Shown: positions 18,561 to 24,566 of the stretch, piece by piece | Layout of the letters: each line of letters starts with the position of its first letter | Position numbering within the stretch: position 1 is the stretch's first letter | From: Alphaproteobacteria bacterium | GTDB taxonomy: Bacteria > Pseudomonadota > Alphaproteobacteria > Rs-D84 > SZUA-605 | Length of the DNA stretch: 64,000 nucleotides | Assembly: GCA_031549385.1 (NCBI GenBank) | Contig: JAVBPW010000001.1 | Coordinates: forward strand, 32,001-96,000 | Direction: 5' to 3' | Position numbers and translations under genes: made by a program | The notes under the pieces: generated by a model | What the model was told of the DNA's origin: nothing | Seen by the model: only the letters and a program-made list of their open reading frames with translations | The model's database searches: none

Positions 18561-19436
18561 ATGCTATTTTTAAAACTTTTTTCTTCTGGGAAACAAAGTA
18601 ATAGCTTGGACGAAAAAAAAATCAAAAAAGAAATAAGATTTATTTTAAATAAAGCTGATGCACTTAGACCTGCATTTACAAAATATATAAAAGAGAATAT
18701 GGCTAAAGGACTGTCTTATGATATTGGCCCGACCAAAACTTTTGCTAGATCTTTTGAAAAAGTTATCAAAGAAAAAGGCGGTAATGTTTCTCGATTGAAA
18801 GATTCTTATCGTGGTGCTATTTATTTTGATACTCTTGAACAACTTTATTCTTTCATAGATAGATTAGTTAAATATCAAAATAAAGATTTTGAAATTATCC
18901 ATATTGAAGATTCTTTTTATCCTATTGTGGTAAGTGGAAATATTAAAATTCATCATGCACAAGCTGAGCTTACCTCAAGATTATATAGAGATATAAAAAT
19001 TATTGTTAATAGTAAAAAATGGAATATTCCAGGGGAAATTCAACTTCATTTTAATCAATATGTAACTGTGAAAGATGAAACTTATAGACTTTATGGAAAA
19101 GAAAGAGAATATATTTCTCAACTTAAACAAGGTTTCTTAAATGATGGAAGAAATATAAGAATTTTTAGAAAAATGATGAGATATAAAAAACAAACTATTG
19201 CTCTGAATGAACTTGCTATTATTAAATATAATTTAATTTCAAAAGATATTGAGTTTATGAAAACTAAAGATGTTGTTTATCTTTATATGAAGAAAAATAA
19301 AATTACCGATTATGATTATGCTCTTTATGAAATTATTGTTTCACGTACTGTTAAAGAATTAAAGTTTCGAAAGAATTTTTATTTGAAACAATTTTATAAA
19401 TATGATCTTGATTTTATAAAAGCTGTAATTTCTTAA
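18561..19436 (+). CDS. RelA/SpoT-like nucleotidyltransferase (small alarmone synthetase-like)
   Basis: Motif order GPTK..RSFEK / LKDSYRG / YRDIK / GEIQLH matches SYNTH motifs 1-4. Confidence 0.6.
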   Translation: MLFLKLFSSGKQSNSLDEKKIKKEIRFILNKADALRPAFTKYIKENMAKGLSYDIGPTKTFARSFEKVIKEKGGNVSRLKDSYRGAIYFDTLEQLYSFIDRLVKYQNKDFEIIHIEDSFYPIVVSGNIKIHHAQAELTSRLYRDIKIIVNSKKWNIPGEIQLHFNQYVTVKDETYRLYGKEREYISQLKQGFLNDGRNIRIFRKMMRYKKQTIALNELAIIKYNLISKDIEFMKTKDVVYLYMKKNKITDYDYALYEIIVSRTVKELKFRKNFYLKQFYKYDLDFIKAVIS

Positions 19437-19463
19437 AAAATAGAGCCCTCATCGCGAGGGCTC
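19435..19463 (-). terminator. Terminator of unit A (probably bidirectional)
   Basis: GAGCCCTC/GAGGGCTC stem, A6 on the left. Confidence 0.75.
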
Positions 19464-19512
19464 ATGTTTTCAGTTAACACTACAACTTTATTGCATATTT
19501 TGCCAACTCTGG

Positions 19513-19677
19513 TCACTTAAAACCAACAGGGAACTTTGGCATCGTTTGCGCTTTTGACTTATTGGTTGCGGGAATATGCGAACCCGCGCTGGATGTGTGT
19601 GCCGTAAACGGCGATGAAGGAGAAAACACCTTCGGGATATCCAGGAACCAATTTAGCCATTTTATGACTTTGTGCAT
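19513..19677 (-). CDS. Putative 54 aa peptide MHKVIKWLNWFLDIPKVF... (unit A)
   Basis: Hand-translated; AAACTTAAAAAATAAAAATATAAATG leader; TTGACT promoter at 19737; overlaps a structured region. Confidence 0.45.
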   Translation of the reverse strand: MHKVIKWLNWFLDIPKVFSPSSPFTAHTSSAGSHIPATNKSKAQTMPKFPVGFK

Positions 19678-19743
19678 TTATATTTTTATTTTTTAAGTTT
19701 GTCATATCAAATTAGCAAATAATTATTTTGAAGTCAATAGGAT

Positions 19744-19966
19744 AAAAAAATGCCCCGCTATCTCTCGATAGTTATGGGGGCAAATATATCTACACAGAAC
19801 TAATGATTTAATTCACTACTGCCAATAATCACAGCTACGTGAAGCCTGATGAAAAAAGCCTGAACATAATGTTAACTGGTTAAGTTTGTAACTTGATTCT
19901 TAGAGCTTTCTTTTAGTCCCCTCCAAAGGACGTTTGATTTTTTAAATAAAAAAGTTTTTAACGTGA
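19744..19966 (-). ncRNA. Unit B: small transcript, possibly encoding the 10 aa peptide MFRLFSSGFT (19835-19867)
   Basis: TTGATT(20001)-17-TATATT promoter; terminator 19752-19781 followed by T7. Confidence 0.5.
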
Positions 19967-20044
19967 GTTATCAATATAAATTTGTTTTATCTTTAAATCA
20001 AGCAAATAAAAAAAGCCCCGCTATCTCACGACAGTTATGGGGGC
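19752..20044 (-). repeat. Two near-identical 30 nt GNRA-capped terminator hairpins (19752-19781, 20015-20044); partial third copy at 20124-20140
   Basis: GCCCCCATAAC-TATC-GAGA-GATA-GCGGGGC versus GCCCCCATAAC-TGTC-GTGA-GATA-GCGGGGC; 28/30 identical. Confidence 0.85.
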
Positions 20045-20295
20045 TTTTGTAAAGTTATTCGATAGTTCTCGCGTCTACAAGGATACTACGAATAAAGGAA
20101 TATTCTTAAAAGAAACTTCTAGATATCTCACGACATGGGGAAGAAGTTTCTTTGATGAGACATATAATGAAGACATTATAGCTCAGCGGCATCTTTAAAA
20201 GCTCAAAGAGCTTTGTTAACGCGGGGAGAAAAGAGATCAGAACCCGAAGGCTCTTTGTCTTAACTCCCCCAAACGTGATGGAGGCACGTTTAATA
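20008..20295 (-). ncRNA. Unit C2: about 290 nt chain of seven hairpins
   Basis: Consecutive stems with cUUCGg and GUGA loops, ending in a terminator; no ORF of 60 aa or more on the minus strand. Confidence 0.55.
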
Positions 20296-20320
20296 TTTTA
20301 TAAAGATACTTATTGTCTTT

Positions 20321-20471
20321 TAAAAAACCCAGCACGAGCTATGAAGACTCCTAAACCCCAGCGGAAAGGGGAATTTGGCACAGGAGTTACGTGCTGGGTT
20401 CGATTTTGCACCCTTGACCTCAAAGAGGTTGCGACAGTGCGGTGTATTTATTTAATTTTATTATTATGATT
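20321..20471 (-). ncRNA. Unit C1: about 150 nt structured RNA
   Basis: TTGACA(20506)-17-TAAATT promoter; 11 bp closing stem AACCCAGCACG/CGTGCTGGGTT followed by a T run. Confidence 0.55.
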
Positions 20472-20524
20472 TCTAGTAATTTAGAATCTTTTTATAAATT
20501 TGTCAACCAAAAGATGAAGTTTAA

Positions 20525-20744
20525 TAAAAAAAATCCCCAGCATTAAAGCTGGGGGCGGAGTTAATACCCTTTATTCCCTTGTATTCAGGAGGATAAGTTC
20601 CGGTCATATACTTCTTATAATACAGCTCCTTAAGCCGCCCTTTTCGCTCGCCACTACTGGTGACGCCTTAATTCTCTTCTGTCCACTGTTTTATGTATTA
20701 ATAAGATGTAGCCTTACTTTATGAAAGATATTGGGATTAGTCAA
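20525..20744 (-). other. Unit D: mini transcription unit with Arg-rich micro-ORF (20654-20686)
   Basis: TTGACT(20744)-17-TAAAGT promoter; CCCCAGC/GCTGGGG terminator plus T run. Confidence 0.5.
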
Positions 20745-20768
20745 TAAAAAAAGCCCGTATTTCTTGGA

Positions 20769-20954
20769 TTATTGGTGCTTTTCTAGGAATGTTTTCAAAT
20801 CTTGAGCTAACAATTTCAAAGAACTGTCATAAATATTAGCATTAGATGCTTCCAGCTTTTGCTTTTGCATCACCTTTTTTGTGGTTTCTGATAATCCACC
20901 GTCAATTACTTGAAATTTTGATCTTTTTTCAAAAGGTGATTCTGGTAATGCCAT
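20769..20954 (-). CDS. 61 aa hypothetical protein (FQVIDGG motif), unit E
   Basis: AAGGA RBS; divergent from topA. Confidence 0.6.
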   Translation of the reverse strand: MALPESPFEKRSKFQVIDGGLSETTKKVMQKQKLEASNANIYDSSLKLLAQDLKTFLEKHQ

Positions 20955-21044
20955 CTTTTTTGCTTTCCTTTGATTTTTGGTTGCTATTTCTCTTAAAACT
21001 TTTATTATTATATCATAATTTTTAAACTAAGGAAAGAAATTTTT

Positions 21045-23495
21045 ATGAAATTGTTAATAGTAGAGTCTCCTGCAAAAGCGAAAACCATCAATAAATATTT
21101 AGGTTCTGACTTCAAAGTTATTGCATCTGTAGGACATGTGAGGGATTTGAAGGCTGAAAATAATGCTGTGGATACTGAAAACAATTTTAAACCTTTATGG
21201 GAAGTTTCTAAAGACAAAGAAAAACAAATCAAAGAAATTGAAAAATTACTTAAGCAAGCTGATGAATTGTACCTCGCAACCGACCCTGATCGTGAAGGAG
21301 AGGCTATTTCTTGGCATTTATTGGATATTTTATCTGAAAAATCACCTATTACTATGCCTGTTAAACGAGTCGTATTCCATGAAATCACTAAAAAAGCTGT
21401 TCAGGAAGCAATGGCGAATCCAAGAGATATTGATCAAAACCTTGTAAATGCTTATATGGCACGCCGAATCCTCGATTATTTAGTAGGATTTAACTTATCC
21501 CCAGTTTTATGGAGAAAATTACCAGGATCTAAAGCTGCTGGTCGTGTTCAATCTGTAGCTACTCGATTAGTTGCTGAAAGAGAAGGCGAAATTGAAGATT
21601 TCGTTAAAGAAGAATTTTGGTCTATTGATGCTAAATTCAAAACTCAAGAAGGAAAAGAATTTGATAGTAAGCTTTGGACATATAATAATGAAAAGCTTGA
21701 AAAGTTTTCTATTAAAAATGAAAAACAAGCAAAGGAAATCGAATCCGAATTAAATAAACTTACTTATTTTGTTTCAAATGTAGAAAAAAAGAAAACTACA
21801 CGAAATCCATTTGCTCCATTTACCACTTCAACTTTACAACAGGAAGCTTCACGTAAACTTAGATTTGCTGCAAAGAAAACTATGCAAGTTGCTCAAAAGT
21901 TATATGAAAATGGACTTATCACTTATATGAGAACTGATAGTGTGAATTTGGCTCAAGATGCTGTTGTTGCTATTAGAAATGAAATTAATACAAATTATGG
22001 TGAAAAATATTTACCAGAAAAACCTATTGTATATGCTAATAAATCAAAGAATGCTCAAGAAGCTCACGAAGCTATTCGTCCTTCTGATGTTACTAAGTCA
22101 CATCGTAACTTAGATGGAATCGATGCAGATGGTATCAAACTTTACGAACTTATATGGAAAAGAACTATTGCTTCTCAAATGGAAAAAGCTCAATTTGACC
22201 AAGTATCTATTGATATTTCTTCTCAAGATAAAAAGAATACATTTAGAAGCGTTGGTACAACTTTAACATTTGATGGATATTTAAAAATATATAACGAAGA
22301 TAAAGATGATGACAACGATGATGAAGCATCAAAATTGTTGCCTCTTATGAATGAAGGTGAAAAATCTGATTTAGTTGAATTGAAATCTGAACAACATTTT
22401 ACTCAACCGCCTGCAAGATATTCTGAAGCGACACTCGTTAAGAAGCTGGAAGAATTAGGAATTGGAAGACCTTCTACTTATGCTGCTATTTTAGCGCGAA
22501 TCGTAGACCATGAATATGTTAAATTAGAAAAAATGAAATTCCATGCTACTGAACGTGGTCGTTTAGTTACTGCATTTTTAAAAAAATATTTTCCTATATA
22601 TGTTGAATATAATTTTACTGCTGGAATGGAAGATAAACTCGATGACATTTCAAATGGAGATATTGATTATTTGAAAATTTTAAGAGAATTTTGGGATCCA
22701 TTTATTTCTACTGTTAAAAATTCTTCTGGATTGCAACTTGAACAAATTGAAAAAGATTTACAAGAAGAATTAAAGAATCACTTATTCAAACCCCAAGACG
22801 GTGTTGATGTTTATAAATGTCCTGATTGTGCAGATGGAAAGCTTGGTTTAAAACTTGGAAAGTTTGGTGGGTTTATTGGATGTTCTAATTATCCTGAATG
22901 CAAATATACTAAACAAATTGTAACCAATGAAATTCCTGTTGCTGCTACTGATAAAAATGGCTCTAATGGAGATGCTGGATTAATCGGTAATGATAATGCA
23001 ACTGGTCTTGGTATTTATTTGAAAAAAGGACCTTATGGAAATTATTTACAACTTGGCGATAATGCGAATCATGTAAAAAGATTTTCATTACCTAAAAATT
23101 TTGACGAATCAACTTTGACTTTAGAAAAAGCACAAGAGTTTTTATCTTTGCCTAAAAAATTAAATGAAGAAATAGAAGTTGGTATTGGAAGATTTGGACC
23201 TTATATTAAACGCGCAAATGCATTTACTAAGATGCCTGCGAATCTTGATCCATTAACTATTACTCTTGATGAAGCATTAGAAATTTTAAAAGATGCTCCT
23301 TCACGAGAAGCTGCTATTAACTTAGGAGTCGAACCTAAATCAAAGAAAGATGTTTTATGGTATAAAACTGGTAGGTACGGACCTTATGTAAAATGCGGAA
23401 AAGTTTCTGCTTCTATTCCTGCGGAATATAAAGACAAAGAAATAGATTTGAAAATTGCTCTGCAAATCTTGAATGATAAAGTTAAAAAGAAATAG
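21045..23495 (+). CDS. topA: DNA topoisomerase I
   Basis: IVESPAKAKTI, DPDREGE, GRVQS, ITYMRTDS, Zn ribbon and C-terminal repeats. Confidence 0.97.
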   Translation: MKLLIVESPAKAKTINKYLGSDFKVIASVGHVRDLKAENNAVDTENNFKPLWEVSKDKEKQIKEIEKLLKQADELYLATDPDREGEAISWHLLDILSEKSPITMPVKRVVFHEITKKAVQEAMANPRDIDQNLVNAYMARRILDYLVGFNLSPVLWRKLPGSKAAGRVQSVATRLVAEREGEIEDFVKEEFWSIDAKFKTQEGKEFDSKLWTYNNEKLEKFSIKNEKQAKEIESELNKLTYFVSNVEKKKTTRNPFAPFTTSTLQQEASRKLRFAAKKTMQVAQKLYENGLITYMRTDSVNLAQDAVVAIRNEINTNYGEKYLPEKPIVYANKSKNAQEAHEAIRPSDVTKSHRNLDGIDADGIKLYELIWKRTIASQMEKAQFDQVSIDISSQDKKNTFRSVGTTLTFDGYLKIYNEDKDDDNDDEASKLLPLMNEGEKSDLVELKSEQHFTQPPARYSEATLVKKLEELGIGRPSTYAAILARIVDHEYVKLEKMKFHATERGRLVTAFLKKYFPIYVEYNFTAGMEDKLDDISNGDIDYLKILREFWDPFISTVKNSSGLQLEQIEKDLQEELKNHLFKPQDGVDVYKCPDCADGKLGLKLGKFGGFIGCSNYPECKYTKQIVTNEIPVAATDKNGSNGDAGLIGNDNATGLGIYLKKGPYGNYLQLGDNANHVKRFSLPKNFDESTLTLEKAQEFLSLPKKLNEEIEVGIGRFGPYIKRANAFTKMPANLDPLTITLDEALEILKDAPSREAAINLGVEPKSKKDVLWYKTGRYGPYVKCGKVSASIPAEYKDKEIDLKIALQILNDKVKKK

Positions 23496-23520
23496 CAACC
23501 TGACGTTGCACGCTTAATAA

Positions 23521-23548
23521 AAAAAATAACCCCGAGAAATCGGGGTTT
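23521..23548. terminator. Bidirectional terminator
   Basis: AACCCCGA-GAAA-TCGGGGTT. Confidence 0.75.
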
Positions 23549-23566
23549 GAATTTTTATATTTCTTA

Positions 23567-23776
23567 TTATTTCTTTTTGCCTGTTGTTTTTGCAAAATAC
23601 ATTTGATAGCCAACAACTGCAGCTGAAATACCTACTAAAATATAGATAATTCTTGCAATAATGCTGCCGCCAAATAGGAATGCTACTAAATTAAAATCTA
23701 ATAATCCAAGTAGTCCCCAGTTTAATCCACCAATAATTAATAATGGGTTAAATAAATATTTTGTTAAGTCTTTCAT
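23567..23776 (-). CDS. DUF378 family small membrane protein
   Basis: IIGGLNWGLLG..FNLV..LFG..ARIIYILVG. Confidence 0.9.
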   Translation of the reverse strand: MKDLTKYLFNPLLIIGGLNWGLLGLLDFNLVAFLFGGSIIARIIYILVGISAAVVGYQMYFAKTTGKKK

Positions 23777-23892
23777 CGTTCTTCTCCTTTTTTTGTTTCT
23801 TCTCTTAACGAGATTTTATTATTATATCATATTTTAAAATAAATTCAAATATGGAAAAAATTCATAAAAAATAGCCCCTTTTGGGGCCTATT

Positions 23893-24387
23893 TTATAAAT
23901 AATAATTGTCAACACCTCCACTTTCCATATGTTTGATAATTTGTGGACGACCGCCCCAATCTTCAACATGAACTGAAGTGTATTGAATTGAACCTTCTAT
24001 TTTATGAGTCAATAGATTGTATAATCCGATTAAAGGCTTACCATATTCTGCAATGGCAATTAAATCCTTTTTCACTTCATATTTCGGCTCACGTTGCCAA
24101 CCGTTTTGGTACTTGACGAATTCATATCCGATTTCTTTGTCGCTGGCAATGTAGTGATAAGTATCAACATTTTTTGATGAATAATGCCAATAATTGATAT
24201 TGCTTTCAATCCAGACATAACTGCCATCTGTTAATGGGAAAAAGTTTTTATCCAATAACAGACTACTTCCACCACTTCGCCAATAAAATTCACCATTTTC
24301 ATGCTTGTAAATAAAATGATTTTCATCTTTTACAAATAAGACTTGGCATCCTGCTTTTTTTATTTCTTCTAAAGTCCTTTTAAACAT
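23893..24387 (-). CDS. Orphan hypothetical protein in a stand-alone cassette
   Basis: TTGACA(24442)-17-TATAGT promoter, leader TAACTTAAAAATTAAAAATATG, GCCCC/GGGGC terminator near 23874-23887. Confidence 0.7.
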   Translation of the reverse strand: MFKRTLEEIKKAGCQVLFVKDENHFIYKHENGEFYWRSGGSSLLLDKNFFPLTDGSYVWIESNINYWHYSSKNVDTYHYIASDKEIGYEFVKYQNGWQREPKYEVKKDLIAIAEYGKPLIGLYNLLTHKIEGSIQYTSVHVEDWGGRPQIIKHMESGGVDNYYL

Positions 24388-24566
24388 ATTTTTAATTTTT
24401 AAGTTATGAAGTTACTATATGATAGAAAGCACCATTTGTCAATGTTGTTTATCCAACACTTTTTAATGCAAAAAATGTTGAAAAAATAAGCATTTTTTGC
24501 TTGTTTTTATTAGCCACAAATGCTAAGATTTTAACACAATTTAAGATAAGTTAGCAGGAGAAAAAA

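Noticed and set aside
19846-19866. Hammerhead ribozyme core CTGATGA
   Set aside because: No stem II or GAAA follows (AAAAAGCCTGAAC) and flanking stems are absent
20326-20400. SRP (4.5S) RNA
   Set aside because: GGAA is present but the conserved CAGG/AGCA internal loop is not
20275-20469. 64 aa + strand ORF from the track
   Set aside because: GTG start inside a hairpin, antisense to a promoter-terminator unit; probably incidental
20586-20606. Resemblance to RNase P RNA GAGGAAAGUCC (GAGGATAAGTTCCGG)
   Set aside because: Mismatched core, no downstream P4 partner, and promoter/terminator polarity is on the opposite strand
20585-20686. Genome-wide stop-codon reassignment suggested by unit D
   Set aside because: Core genes end normally at TAA, TAG and TGA (for example topA TAG, XRE gene TGA) and have no internal stops
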